Origin: Pseudogymnoascus verrucosus
Taxonomy: Eukaryota
Direction: 5' to 3' (one strand)
NCBI GenBank assembly: GCA_001662655.1
Contig: KV460208.1
DNA: 64,000 bases
The notes beneath the pieces were generated by a model. The model had not been told where the DNA came from, did not search any database, and saw only the letters and a program-made list of their open reading frames with translations. This document shows, piece by piece, positions 1-14,692 of the stretch (position 1 is its first letter; each line of letters begins with the position of its first letter). The position numbers and the translations under genes were made by a program.

Positions 1-3000
1 AGAGTTAATGGAGAGAAGTGAGGGGTAGTATGACTGGCTCGGAGTCGCCGGTAAGGGCGGGGATGAATGGGATGAGATGGGATGGGATTCTGGTGTCATT
101 GTGGAGGGGGGAAAGTCTGTTTTAGCACGTGGGGTTTATCCAGAAGTCCAGGAAAGGCATGTGCGATGGGAGGGAGCCTTAGGATGCGAGGAAGCATGTT
201 TCCTCGGACCGCAGGCGCTCATTCATGCGCACATCGACGCCAAAAGCGGTCTTGACGGACACGAATCAGGCATGGGCCAAAGAACCGCAGAGAACCGCCG
301 GGAGGCAACAGAATCGTTACTAGGCAACGCGATGGGAACGAATGCGTAGGCGTCGTACTCACCCACGCTACTAGCTTGTGCAAAGTTATCTGTACTATAC
401 CTTACGTACCTGCGTTTACTTGCCCTGTCCTTGAACAACATCGATGATATAAATGGATCGTCATATTAAACATGCTCTCGCGATTCATGCGTCCCTATAC
501 CCGCGGGGGTCTGCGATTTGTACTTTCATGCGTTTTTCAGCCGCCAGGCCGTTTTGGGGATGGGAAACATTGGGAGCCAATGAGCGATTGCGCTGTGGGC
601 TGACGGTATTGTTGGTTCTGGGAGAGGGCCTGGATCCTTGGGGAAGGCCGGATGGAAGAAGTGTGTTGCGATTGGGTTCCTGTTCCTGAGGGTGCCTGGG
701 GTGTGCCTGGATTGCGTACCTGAGGAGTCAGACGGTATTGTGCTCGAGTATGTGTATGTGGCACGCCAGCCCACAGGAACAATGTGTGTCCAGGACATGC
801 CAAGCGGCAGGAACAATGTGCGTCCATCTGCTCACCTGACATGTTCTGTGTTGTTGCAATGAAGTCCATCAGCCTTGTAATCAGGTGAACGATGATCGGC
901 TCGGGAAGAGTCTATCCAGCAACTGGCATCATGTCAGCCTGGAGTTTTATAATAGCACCATAACTGGCATAGGCCTGTCATCCGGGGGCTCCGGCGTCTT
1001 GGCTCCCAGGGAGATCTTACATACCCACCTCCATACGTAGGGCGCAGCGAGAGCAAGGACCACACAGGGCGCGGACGCCTAGAAGCATTTTGGTGGGTGA
1101 TATGGAACGAAGTTATGGTTTCTAATACCGAGGCTCTGCCGAAAGGTTTGATCTAAGAAAATGGCACACTGGTGATGGTGCGGCGGTGCGCTGGCGGGCG
1201 TCGCCAATGGTGGTCTGTTGACAGGGTCGTTGGCGGGGGACAGGGGCGGGATGAGGCAGTGGGAGGTTTCAGATAGTGCGATTCTGAAACATCAGGCTAG
1301 CGACTGGGTGTGCAACCACGATTTACCAAAGTATGGATGAGTGTTTTTTCTGCACCTTTTAGAATGCAATTGGGGCCAGATCCTTCTGGACGGACCATCC
1401 ACGGCACGGCAGATGGCTGTTAATCATTGTCCTGTGCGCTCTTGTCGATTCCTGGGCGAAATCGTTCATCTCGTTTTGCAGTGATCGTCCGACCAAGCTA
1501 TATGCATGGAATGGAAGCATTTAAAGATCGTATAAACCAAGCGGAACCCCACAGACAATGTTGCGATGTTCTCTACTCGGATCACCCTCTGGAGTTGTCG
1601 TGGGAGTGGCTGACGCGCCACGGGGTAGTGTTGTGGTGCCTTCAGTTGAACCTCAAACGACAGGAGGAGCCACACGGCTACGGTGCCGCATTTGGGGGAA
1701 TGATGGTCTGAATCACCTCTCGTTACCATGGCGAACAATTGGACCTTGTTACGGTCGTATGACAAGCGATAGTGTTTTATGTTACGTCTACTGGAGGCCC
1801 ACGAGGAAATATCAGGAACGAGCCGTCCCATTGACGTCCACGACACTCAATCGTCGTCGAAAGGTGGTGAAGACGCGTCCATTTGAAATGATAAGATGCA
1901 TATTAATACTATACCCAAGACCAATGAATACTCAGCCTGTCAACTTACGTGTTGTTGGTGGTCCAGGACGGTAGATGTTGTCCTCGTCGCCTAAACGAGT
2001 TAGAGGTTCCAAGATACCCCACGACTGGCCCTGGCGGATTTTCCTGGTGGGTTGTTTGAGACGAGACAAGCCACCCCCTCCTTCCGCCTGGAGTCTTAAT
2101 TGCAGGTATCACAAGTATTATACAGGGAACACTGGTGACTTGGCATCAAACCTGCTACTCCGGTATTTCGCCCTCACACCCCACCACGCACTCACGACTT
2201 ACCCCATCAAACACGTACAGTACGCTACGGTACTTACGGGTATATGTGAACTTTGCTATTGTAGGATGTCTATTTCTGGAACCACTCCGGCTCCGCGGGC
2301 TCAAATCGACACATGTCCAAGCCTCCTGATAGGAACGGCCTCTTTCGGCAACACTTCGTACCAGGATCATTGAAAGTCCGGACATGTGTGGTTCTGCTTC
2401 CACGGTTACTCTACCACAGTTCACCACCGCCCACCACTGCAATCTGCTCCTTACATGCTAAAGCTGGGCCGATGTTTTATCACTTTCGCTCTTCGCCACG
2501 CCGGTTACTTCAGTATACCCCAGCCGTTACTAACCCCACTCACCTCTCCCATACCCCTCTCTCTAAACCTATCTTCCTCGAAAGAGGCTTGGGCAGGTTT
2601 AGAGTTCCAAAAGCACTCTAGAGCGAAGTATCTTTCTAGGGCACTCTACCTCGTGTCAGGAGATCCAGGCATGGGTAACCTTGACGTTCCCGATCCTAGC
2701 CAGGGATTTGATGACCCGAAGAGGGTCTGAGCAAGTACAGCTGGTACTTTAACTTAACATCTTTCTCTTATTATCGGGGATATGGCCAGCAGCCCTTTAC
2801 CACTTTTACCATTGCTCGCCGCGTCGTTCGTTCCACACAACATTTTCTTGCTCATCCTCCGATTGCACAGTCGCTCCTTTTCGGGTTTCCTAATTTCTTT
2901 CTCATAATTGACGTACTGGTCTATCTACACTCTTTACTTAACTTTATCTATATCACCGCTGGGAGCTGGCTCCCACTTTACGTGCCGCCTGCGCAGACCC

Positions 3001-3344
3001 ACTAACGAGTTGTTTCTATACTATACAATACCGTATAGCCGTCCTCAATACGCTCCTTACTGATCCATCGACTCATATATATCAAATACCGGCTCATATC
3101 GGTACCTTTCTTTACAAAGCATACTTGTCAATATTGCTTTCTAACATTATCGCCAACGAGACACTGCAAGATTAACACCGCATACTGACTGTCGTCATTT
3201 AATCCAATCCATCCAAGAACGGCACCAAGATATCTGATATCTCTTCTATCATAAGAGGCGCCCACAAAACGCACCCTATATCACCGACGCAGCGTCTGAA
3301 CGACTGCCGCTTTATACCATTCTACATCGCTGGCGCTTTCCACA

Positions 3345-5348
3345 ATGGACTCCGAGCAGGCGAGTGTATATGTGGTCCCCGGTCCATATACAGACGCCGA
3401 TTCTCGTCCACTACATAGTCGCCAGCAATATCATACACCAAACTTCACCTTCAATCCGAACAATAAGTTTCGCAGAGACCAAACCCCGCGCTCCTATCCC
3501 ACCACCACCGTCAGCTCGAGTGAGGCAGCAAAGCAAGTGGAATCCGGGGTTACAGCCTTGTGGTCGACGCGACAAGTGCCAAATATGTCACGGCCACGCC
3601 CTGCCCAGATGGCGGAAACCAACCTGAACGGCTTCAGCTATTGCATTCCTGAGCAGCCTACCGCGCTACCTGCTTGGGATTCGACAACCATGACACTCTC
3701 CTCCAGCCATGAAGTGATGCCGCAGACATATGCCATCGTCCAGGACTTCTATCAGCCATCTGAAAGTGCCGATAGCAGGCCCTCTTCAATGTACATGAAC
3801 CAAGGGTATGCGCAACTTTCTGAGGATTGGGGTAATAAGGCATGTGGAGATGTACTCGAATTACAGCACTTTGACTCTGAAGCAAATATCGGCCAGGCTT
3901 ATACCACAGACGAATGCGTTCCAATTCTTGACCTGAGATACAACACTGGGATGGACAACGATCACTTGAGCCTCGAGAATCCATACAATTCGCGCCGCAT
4001 GTCAGGCTCGTCATTCACTATGTCGACCAGTGGTGGTTTATCTGACATGACTTCATATGATGATTTCTCAACGACCCTCTCTGAGGCCCCGTCCTTCACT
4101 TCGGACTACCCGCCGCCATCAAACAGAACTTCTCTTATGTCATCTACTCAGTTATCACCTGTCGCATCTCCACGGATGACACCTCAAAACAGGTCTGAAC
4201 TTGTGCGAACACAAAGCCGTGGGCGAGCGTCCCCTTCTCCAAGGCCGAGCATGCGATCCGCGCCGTATTCAATAGACAACCGCAGCAAACGATGGTCTAC
4301 AGGTTCGTATGCCTCGGGGCCAAGAAGACCGTCGCCTTTCGTCTATCACACAACCCCAGAAGGATTCGTGCAGCCACAAAGAATGTCCTCTCGGCACTCC
4401 TCGCCAACGTTGCCAAATACTCATCTTCCTTTAAACATGGCCAATCTTCAAAATCAGCAAAACCCGTATCTCATGCCACACAGCAACCCAGCATACCATC
4501 GCAATAGCATGATTCTACCATCAAACGCTTACCACGAACCTCGCCACTTTGAGACACCACCTCCTCTATTTTCGCATGGGCTATTCAGAATGTTGCAGAG
4601 CAATGCGGACCCTCACTCCATGCACTCGCACTACGCCGATCTGAGTGACCCCCCAGATCTCTATGCCTCTCTCAACGATGAGCAGATACCACCCCCACCT
4701 GAGGACATGAACCCGAGCGACCCAGACCTAGTACCACATGAACAGGAGCTTCGGTTTGATGGTGACCTCTACACGCCTCGTTGGGTCCGCGGTCATGGCA
4801 ACAAACGAGAAGGCTGGTGCGGCATATGCAAACCTGGTCGTTGGTTGGTTCTTAAGAATAGCGCATTCTGGTATGACAAGAGCTTCACGCACGGTATTAG
4901 TGCGGCTACTGGGAACCCATTCCAGGAGCCGCAGGAGACAAGGCGTATGGATGGAAACCCAGATGTTTGGGAGGGCTTGTGTGGAAGCTGTAATGAATGG
5001 GTTGCGTTGGTCAGTAGCAAAAAGAAAGGCACGACTTGGTTTAGGCATGCTTATAAGGTATGTGATTCAAAGCAGCACACTGTTGCGGTATATTGTCTCA
5101 CCGAAACTAACGTAAAATAGTGTCACACGCACCCAAAGATTAAAGACGCACCGAAACGAAGGAGGGAAAGCAGTAGCACTAGAGCGTTGGCTGCGTCGAC
5201 GATGGCGAAGCCTCAAACCGAGCTACCCAAGATAGAGGCGCCACTTACGCCGCAAATGACACCCCGTCCCATCACTTCTGACAATACAACGCCGGCGCCG
5301 ACAAGAAGAATAACGACCCCACTACCGAATATGGCAAATATGATATAG
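3345..5348 (+). CDS. Fungal transcription regulator with Rua1-like C-terminal Cys/His domain (DUF4451-like); 2 exons
   Basis: Long S/P-rich ORF ending in LYTPRWVRGHGNKREGWCGICKPGRWLVLKNSAFWYDKSFTHGIS...WEGLCGSC...WFRHAYK|CH. Intron 5058-5120 (GTATGT, CTAAC, TAG) leads to an in-frame exon with stop at 5346-5348. Confidence 0.8.
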
Positions 5349-6314
5349 TGGCTCTCTGAAACCGATTTAAGCTATCATTCTTTTATATGTTAATAGTTTG
5401 CTACATATGTTTGTTTGCCCTAGTACATATTGGGACTTTTTTCAAGCGCCAACAAGAGACTGGTTAGACGGTTGGCCGGGTTAGGACATTTTCGAAAGAT
5501 TGGAAGGGAATACGTGGTCATATCTCTCTACTCCTGGGATGGTTGGGATAGGAGGGTCTGTCATGACTACGAGACATGATTTTACGAAAAAAAACATGGG
5601 ATTGGATTCGTTGATGCGGGCATCATGATCACAACACCCCCACAAACATATAATTTTTTTAAAGTCAAGCATAATTGCTACGGATGGAAACGCTAGAAAC
5701 CCGATTTGCTGTCTGTTGGCTGCAACGGGGATTAGTTTGAACGCTCAAGTACATAGCACATAGTTAGAAATAAAGCCAAAATAAAGCCACCTGAAAACGA
5801 CTCCTGTGCCTCGGTATTTTCCAAGAACTGCTCCGATCATCGGGGTACTGGGTGAAACTTGCAAAACGCACACATAATATAAACTCATCGCGAGCCTTAC
5901 TAATCTGCAAAAGTTGAGACGGTACAGTGTGCAACCTGCAACACCCCTGAAACGAGCGGCGCTCTCGGTTTTGAAGCGGTTTTGAAGTCGAGCAAGTATA
6001 TACTCACCTTGTAGCTTTGCCACGGGTTGACATCGGCGCTGAGGTCAGCTGCGCGATCGGGAAGTTGGGTAGCCGGCTTGGTAGAGGACCCCAGGGATTT
6101 GTAAATATTAGGTGAGAGAGTCAGCGATGGAGATGGTAACAGGAGTTTTGAAAGGGGGTTAATCTGTAACACGTGATCATAGAGAATATTATTGCCTGAT
6201 GCGCAAGGCGGCGACAACGAACAATGTTTCTTTGATCGTAAGCTGCCAACGAAGCTCCAGGGCAGAGGAACTGTTCTTTGCAGCGCAAGTGTTGTGAATA
6301 GGAGGGCCGTAACC

Positions 6315-6951
6315 ATGGCGCCAGATCGGATTGACCAGAATGTCTACGAAGGTAAGCTTTCATCTCCTACCAGTGACTTTGAGAGTCAACGTGCTCCCGC
6401 CCGAAGTTGACCATAGGCGCAAGCTAACGTGTCGTTCAGATCAGCTTAAAGACATCATCCAAGACCTCTATGAGTTGATGGTACAGACAACCTCATATGG
6501 AAACGTAGGACAGGGAGTCAGCTCCAAGGACGTGCTTCAGAATACAGTGTTCGTCACCTGTCTCCTCACCCAGCATTCCCCCTTCCACCCAACACAGGGC
6601 CAGCTAACACTCTCCAGCGCCCATCTCCACGCATCGTTGACCCAGCTCCATGCCTCCGCCTCGTCGCCATCCGCAACACCTATTCGCGTCCCACCCGAAC
6701 TGATCCAATACGTCGACGCGGGTCGCAACCCCGACATCTATACCCGAGAGTTCGTGGAGCTAGCACGGCGGGGAAACCAGTTGATGAAAGGAAAGAAGCA
6801 GGCATTTGGCAGTTTTAGAGACATTCTGGCGAGGGAAATGGCAAGTGCATTGCCTGAAGTGAAGGGCGATGTGGAGAACGTTGTGAGGGAGACTGGGGGA
6901 GAGGTGGGGAAGCTTTATGAACCTGCAGCTGGCGAGGCTGGTGAGGCGTGA
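6315..6951 (+). CDS. MED10: Mediator subunit Med10; 3 exons
   Basis: VPPELIQYVDAGRNPDIYTREFVE...NQLMKGK motif. Introns 6352-6439 and 6549-6617 restore one frame from ATG 6315. Confidence 0.9.
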
Positions 6952-7587
6952 GCAATTTCCAGAGTTTGCGGGAATAAGTTGTCATCAGCGGACGCATTGA
7001 ATGGTTGGGCATTACTGTTGGGTTGCATTGGAAATGGGAGGGAAGGCGTTATGGACTAGCGAGGCACATGGACAATACTTTGGAGATACCCGTTTCTCAG
7101 CTTATATACGATCTATAGCTTTGAAAATTCACCGATGAAGCTGCGGATCATTCTTCGCAATACAAAATAGTGTTTTATGTTCTTGGCAGTTATCAGAACT
7201 GCCCCTCGTATGACGAACCACGTGCATGTTATAAGCGCGGCAGCTAACTCACGCGATCACTTAAGCGCGGTGGGATGAAGTTGTCTTGGCGATAAATCGC
7301 ACTTTACTCCACAATAGAAACGCAAATACAAAGAATACATTGTCCCACATATCTTCGGCGACCTTAGGCAGTAAACTTGTCATATCATTTCAGGCCAATA
7401 TCTGGCACTCCATATCTCGAATACCTATTTACTCCAGCAAAGCGGAACTATGTCTCTGTAGCCAGATATCCCACAAACAATGCTGGATACTGAAGATCGA
7501 CAGCTGCATTTCACATAGCAGCCACAACCCAGTCTATAACTAGACATACAACTTTTATTCAGCTGACCTACAGAAGCCTGCTGCCAT

Positions 7588-10500
7588 ATGGATACACAGG
7601 TATGCCCTCCTCCTGGTTTTGGTGTCTTGTTGCGTTATTTTGTTATCTTTGGATCCCAATTACCCCACCCCCACTATGAACTGAACTACCTTCATGACCT
7701 TTTAACTTTCGCTAACATGCTCTCACAACCAGGTCGAAAACGCGATTCAAATCGCCTGGGACCCGACATCAAGCCAAGTACTCAAGGGCCAGGCGTTCGA
7801 ATTTCTCAATCAGCTCCGTGAAGATGTCTCCGGCTGGCAAATATGCCTCACACTTTTTACCCGCACGCCACAGACATCAGAGGTTGTGCGCCTCGTTTCT
7901 ATTGAGATAGTTAATAATGCCGTTGCAAACCAACATCTGGATCAGGCGTCTTTGAACTTTCTGAAGGATAGCTTGCTCGAATATTCTCGCCGTGTGTATG
8001 GAGGATCAGGCGGTCAGCAACAGGCCGACTCTGCGAGTTTGCAAAACAAACTGACGCAAACCCTAACATCGGTGTTTGCTTTCTCATACCAACGGGGATG
8101 GGAAACCTTCCTTTCCGACTTCCTGTCCATGACATATCTTCCAAATAGCACCTCTTGCGACAATCTGGCCGGCACTGCCTTATACCTCCGCATCCTCGGT
8201 TCTGTCCACGATGAAATCGCTGATGTGTTTTTATCCCGGACCGGTGAAGACCAAAAACGTAACAACGACCTGAAGGACCTTCTCAGAGAGCGCGACGTTC
8301 CTAAGATAGCTACGTCGTGGCAGGAGATTCTCACATATTGGCAGGGCAAGGACGATACATTGGTTGAGATGTGCCTCAAGGTTATTGGGCGTTGGGTTAA
8401 CTGGATCGATATATCTCTAGTTGTCAACCAAAACTTCCTTACCATCCTCCTCCAGCTCATCGGAAGAGTTACCCCGAACAATGGCGAGGACAAGGTTAGA
8501 GATGCTGCTATAGGGTGTTTGACGGAAACCGTGGGCAAGAAAATGAAGCCGGGAGATAAGATGGACATGATTGAATTCCTGAACTTGGGCGACATTGTTT
8601 CCCAACTTGTTGCCAGCCCAGCATTGGCAAACCGCTTTGGATCCGACTACGATGTCGACTTTGCAGAGGCTGTAGCCAAGCTTGTTAATGGTGCCGTATT
8701 CGATATTGTCAAGGCCTTGGAAGAGAGCGCAGACGGCTCTCCAACACGTGTTAAGGCTGATCAACAACTTCTGATTTTCCTGCCTCACCTTCTACGATTC
8801 TTTTCGGACGAGTACGACGAGCCATGCTCAACTGTTATCCCATCTCTCACAGACCTCCTCACCCTTTTCCGCCGTGCACAGCCACTACCTGCGCAGTACT
8901 CCTCTATGCTCTCGCCCATTCTTAACGCTATCATTACAAAGATGAGATACGATGATACGGCGTCTTGGGATGATCAAGTTACAGAGACTGATGGGGCAGA
9001 ATTCATGGAACTGAGGAAGAGACTTGAAGTTCTCCAGAAAATTGTAGCTGCAGTTGATCAGACTCTGTATATTGACGTCCTGAGCAATGTTGTCGGAAAT
9101 ACTTTCCAGTCGATCGAGCAGAGTGGGTCTGGAGTCAACTGGAGGGACATCGACCTCGCTTTGCACGAGATGTACCTCTTTGGTGAGCTTGCTGTTCCAA
9201 ACAGCGGCTTATATGCGAAGAGCCAGCCCTCAAGTGTCGCATCAGAACGCTTGATTGCGATGATGCAAAAGATGATTGAATCTGGTAAGAGTTCAAACTA
9301 TCAATTGCTGTTAAGTTACCGCTAACATTGTCCAGGTATCGCATCTTACAACCACCCAGCCATTCAGCTACAATACATGGAGATCTGTGTACGCTACTGC
9401 TCTTTCTTTGAGAATCAGTCGGCATTCATCCCTCAAGTTCTGGAGCACTTTGTAGCGCTGGTTCACCACAATCATGTCCGCGTCAGAACGCGTTCATGGT
9501 ACCTATTTGGCCGATTTGTAAAGCACCTGAGAGCTATACTCGGAAATGTCGCTGAGACGGTAATTACCTCGATCAGTGATCTTCTTGTCATTAAGGCAGA
9601 AGTCCCCAAACCTGATGACGAGGATGATATGTCCTCTGATGAGAGCGACCACTCAGCGGGCGCCGTCTTCACCAGCCAGCTATATCTATTCGAAGCAGTT
9701 GGAACTATTGCGTCCACGTCAACAACCCCAGTCGACAAGAAGGTTCTATATGCCAGAATGGTACTGGAGCCCCTCTTCGCGAACATGGAGCAAGCGCTCC
9801 CTACGGCCAGAAATGGAAATGCTCAGGCTAGCTTGCAAATCCACCATATCATCATGGCGCTCGGGACACTCGCCCATGGATTTTCGGACTGGACACCAGG
9901 AATAAGCAGCGCTGGAAGCAAGGCCCCGGCAGATGAAATTTCACAGGAGTTTGATCGCGCTGCCGAAGCCATTCTCGTTGCTTTGGAATCCTTGAAGTCT
10001 CAACTCGAAATCCGAACGGCTGCTAGGTTTGCTTTCACACGCCTCGTTGGAACGGTTGGCGCCAGACTTCTACCACAACTTCCGCGTTGGATCAGCGGCC
10101 TGCTTTCAACGGAATCTTCTAAAGACGAAATGGCTATGTTCTTGAGAGTCCTTGACCAAGTAGTCTTTGGCTTCAAAACGGAAATAATTGGGGTGCTTGA
10201 TTCGCTCCTATCGCCATTGCTCATGAGGATTTTCAACAGCTTGGGAGAGGCAGTTTCGGGAACTGATGACGAGATCCAGCTTGGGGAGCTCCGACGCGAG
10301 TACCTGACTTTCCTCCAGGTCATTCTCAATAATGATCTGGCGTCTGTGCTTGTTAGCGAGACCAATCAAGGTTTGTTCGATGTTCTCTTAATCTCTGTCG
10401 AAACACTGGCAAAGAATGTGAACAATGGGACAGGCCACCTTGCCGCGAGCCGCATGGCATTTTCAATTCTTGCCAAGATGGCGCAGCTGTGGGGAGGACC

Positions 10501-10858
10501 GGACGTGGCTACTCCATCCCATTACCCGGAGACAGCTACACCAGCTCCTACTCCAGCTTTCCCAGGCTTCGATCAATTTCTCATCAACCGCTTCAGCCCT
10601 GTCTGCTGGGAAGTCCTCCGTAACCCCGATTTCCGACCATACCAGGACGCACAAGCTAAATCGGTACTTACTGAGATTGCCGGTCTACAGCAAATCATCT
10701 ATAGCAAAACAGGAATGCTCTTCATTGAGCATCTGCAGCAATCCTTTTTCCCATCCATGGGCTTTGACGGATCTGACATCATCCGTTCGATGACGACCTC
10801 CAATGACCGAAAAGTCTTTGCAAACTTTCTCGTTGCATTCTTGAAGCAGCGCGCATAG
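7588..10858 (+). CDS. LOS1: Exportin-T (tRNA export karyopherin); 3 exons
   Basis: MDTQ|VENAIQIAWDPTSSQVLKGQAFEFLNQLR start and an all-helical importin-beta-like body (WVNWIDISLVVN, RVRTRSWYLFGRFVK). Introns 7600-7732 and 9285-9335. Confidence 0.9.
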
Positions 10859-11610
10859 GAACTCAGTTGGTAAATATAAAGAAATGAGACCCGTAAGCGC
10901 AGTGGGCATTCAGCATAGGCGTATCTCTGGTTTGTTAGGTTGCATTTTGCATCTTTGTTTTGCACTTTGCATTTGGGTGGGAGTTGGTCCTCGGCTTTAT
11001 ACCATGTCAATGAGGCATGTTTACATGATGCGAATGGGGGTTGGGAAGGGTTAAGTAGGCGGAGGGGACCGGAGGAATATGGATGGAAGTCAGCGGCGGA
11101 TATAGATAGATAGACATACATATATGCTATGGTAAAAAATGAATGACCAGAAATGGTTTCTAGATTCATATCGCCGACATTTCACAAATGTACGAGAGAG
11201 ACCCTTGATAATTTGTGGCTGGTTGGGGGTGATGTTCATGAGAGTTACGGGAACGAGATCCCTCGGCATCCACAGTAAGCGCCATCACACCCAGCAGCCA
11301 ACCAACATCTTTCTTGCTGGGATTGTTGCTCAGCCTCGCACATTAGCTCTCCCGCCACCAACGGTCGAGAGCTGCGATTGATCCAAGAGTGGGGGGAAAG
11401 ACATGGGGGGTGGTAGCTTCAGATAGTAGAATCTGCGCAATTGCTCCTCATGCCCAGTGTCCTCACCCTGTCTTTGTTCATCTTTGCACATTGCTCTCTG
11501 TAATACGATGTTGTCGCCTTTCTCTACGCAGTGGTGACGAGCGATATCGTTAACTGCTGTTACTCCTTATCGGCAAGGCTGGCTGGCTGGCAAGCACACG
11601 GCAAGACAAG

Positions 11611-13121
11611 ATGGACGACTATATGTTCAAAGAGTATGTCAAGCAGTCGAAACCTGTGGCTGAGGAGACGAGCTATCTAGAGATATTCTCCTACTCGGTG
11701 AGCTAAATCAATTCCCATCCGCTACTGCCAATAGAAACTAACATGCAATCCGCCAGGACCCGACTCTAAACACCGTCAAAGAAGAGCCTCTCCCAGCCGA
11801 CGAATTTGAAAACTTCCTCCATCAACAAGGTGCCTTCCGGCCTCCAATACTGCCAGTACGTGTCACCCGGGTTGCCGGTCTGCGCATGATTCTGCAGCAA
11901 AATGCTAGCCACCCCGAAACATTCTCGCCGCAGTATATCAGTCTGAAGCAGCGAGCCTATGTATCGATGGTCGAGACGATGCGACTTCCCTACCGCGGAA
12001 TCGAGAGCACATCTGCCGTTGGCCCTTTTTTCTGGGCCGCCTTCGATCAAGATGAGGAGAGGCCTCACTTGCAGATACTATTCCGGAAGAGCGATGTTAG
12101 GAAGAAGGGGCTCACGAGAGGATGGGAATTGATGCTGTCCCATGATATGCGGGGAGGCATGACGATGGGATACTGTAAAGGGACATCGAGCAGTGATATA
12201 GTTGCGTGCGTGCGCCATCTCAAGGCGTGCGCGCAGCAAATTGGTCACCCAATGTTGCTGCCCACAATCATCTTTAGCCACGACATGAGTTCAAAAACGG
12301 ATATCAAGCAACGTGAGGCGCGCGATTGGCTGAGGAAGCTCGAGCATGCTGTGAGTATGCGCCAGGAGATTGATGACAAGGAGAGTTATGTCGACCAAGA
12401 CGGCCTGGTGGATTTCGACCTCATCAATCGACATCTTGTCGAGTGCCACAGTCAAGTACTGTGGAAGCGGCCAAAGGCATACATGCAGATTCTCCAAAGT
12501 TTTGATGAAGCTATGGAGCTATTCAAGTCTTCTGCACAGAGCGGCGAGCGATGGCAGGGCGAGTTGAAGAAGCTGAATGCGAGTATGCTCTCACGGCACG
12601 AGTTTTACCGCAAGAAGCTGCAGGGAATCGATAGCTATGCCTACACCACGCTGCAGCGGCTTGCCATCCAACGAAGCGCTCTGTACAACATTATCGCGCA
12701 GCGAGAGAGCAAGCTGAACTTCCAGATGGCAGGCGAGCAGCGCAAACTCGCACACGCGTCGAAGCGTGACTCAGGCGCACAAAAGACGATTGCGCTTCTC
12801 GGGGCCCTGTTTCTGCCTGGCGCGTTCCTGGCGTCTATGTTTTCCATGTCGTTCTTCAACTTCCAGAATGGGGTGGTGGACGTCAATCCAGAGGCACCTA
12901 TTGTGTCAGAATCATTTTGGATATATTGGGCCGTGACTGTCCCATTGACGCTATTGATTGTGGGACTGTGGCACTACTGGGAGAGGCGGAAGGAGATGCG
13001 GTATCTAGAAGAGGATCTTTTGCTTGAGAAGGGCGTTGAGTCGATGGAAATCCAGATTCAGGCGCAGATGAGAAGAAGGACTATGAGCAAGGTTAGTACG
13101 TGGGACACCAAAGCATCTTAG
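11611..13121 (+). CDS. Fungal CorA-like membrane protein (two C-terminal TM helices); 2 exons
   Basis: C-terminal SKRDSGAQKTIALLGALFLPGAFLASMFSMSFF...FWIYWAVTVPLT is typical of fungal CorA-like proteins. Intron 11698-11756. Confidence 0.7.
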
Positions 13122-13659
13122 AGGTGGTGGCAAGTGGCGCCGCCCGATGCCTTATGATGATGAGATTTATGATATACGGCCTGGTTGTATTGAGCGATTG
13201 GATAGCAAAATTTCCTATTCTCCTTGTTTCACGAGATCAAGTTAAGATATACGACACTTCATGTAGCAAGCAACGATTTATGAGAAATGAAGATTTATTA
13301 TCAAGAAGTTTTGTAATGACTATGCCTTGTTGACTTTGGACCCGGTAAAAATCAGAATTACAATTGGTGTCATATAAGTTTATCTACTCTACTCAAGGCG
13401 GTTTCATGCCGAATGGGCATGCGACAACACGGGAGAAACATCACTAATCTGGTAGATATCCGGGGATGCCGACAGGTTAGGCGTCAAGCAACACAGGGGA
13501 ATCAACGGTCTGGGAAAAGTGTCTTAGTTCGTTAATAAGTCCCAGCACCCCGCATTGCTATCCTAGCCGTTATACAATATATAACCCGCAAACGCCACTC
13601 GGTATCGTATATCATTCCAATTTCCATCCGAGTCCCGCTGTATTTCGTTACATAGCCTT

Positions 13660-14692
13660 TCAATCATCCCGGTCCTCTTTGTTGTCCTTACCATTCCCGC
13701 CCGAAACTGATGCCACAAAATCCTGGTACTTAAACACTTCGCCTCTCTTCCCCGCCACCATCGTCTTCCCAAACGCCCTCCTTCCGCTAAACCCACTCAT
13801 GATCCTATCTACCTCCCTTGCCGTTAACATCTCCTCGCCTGCTTCCGGAGCTGTATGAAGCAGCGCATCCTTTAGCTCTGCTAGATCGACCTGGCCGCTA
13901 TCATCATCGTCAAATGCCGCAAATGCGTTCAGCAACTCATCAGACGGGCTGAGGCTTGCCAACATGGTTGAGATCTGGGTTAAGAAAGTCGCCATCGTCA
14001 TCGTCTGCGACTGGCTTGGAGGGAAGAAACTCGACAGGTCAGACGCAGACGCCGGGAGCCCAAGCTGTGTCAGCATGTCAGCGACATCTTCGCGGTTGAC
14101 GATTCCATCGCTATCACGGTCTAGGATCTGGAATCCTTCACGGAGCTCGCGAACCTGGCCAGGTTGCAGTTTTGAGAGGGCGTTGGCATCAGACATGTTG
14201 CGGGAGGTATGGGCAGAGCGGCTAATCTGAGGGCTTGATTCGGTCTTGACCGGGCTAGACCGGATCTGTGATTCGAATCGGTCCGTGAGCATGGCCCCGG
14301 ATCGAGGGTTGGATTCTGCACCGCGAGTGGGTGAGCGTTCTGGCTCACGGCGCGGGGTGGTCACAGGCGCGAGGCCGCGGGGCGTCCAGGTATCTGTGCT
14401 TGGTGTTGATGTGCTGGAGTGTAGTTTGGAGGGGGTGTTTATTTGCTTGGAGGGTGACGATGCCGGGCCATTCAAAGGTGCGTTGGTTGAGTTCCGTAGC
14501 GGCGATGGCGAGGCTGGAGATTCTGGGCGGCGGAAGGGAGATGTGCGAGGAGAGTTGAAGGAGAGTGGAGATGGTTTGTAGGAGGCCTGGGCAGCCTGGT
14601 GTGGGGATTAGTACTTGGATTTGAGTTCGGTGTTTTGGGTAGGAGCGATCCTGGTTGCTAGCTGGGGGAGGGCAGTTGCGGTTGCTCACCAT
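13660..14692 (-). CDS. EF-hand myosin regulatory light chain-like protein with long S/P/R-rich N-terminal extension; 2 exons
   Basis: QVRELREGFQILDRDSDGIVNREDV and LLNAFAAFDDDDSGQVD EF-hands. Exon 1 is ATG only; intron 14689-14596 (GTGAGC...CTAAT...CAG); exon 2 is 936 nt in frame. Confidence 0.8.

Noticed and set aside
77..2730. Numerous short ORFs in the first 2.7 kb
   Set aside because: Overlapping, mostly non-ATG, with no motifs or coherent exon chain.
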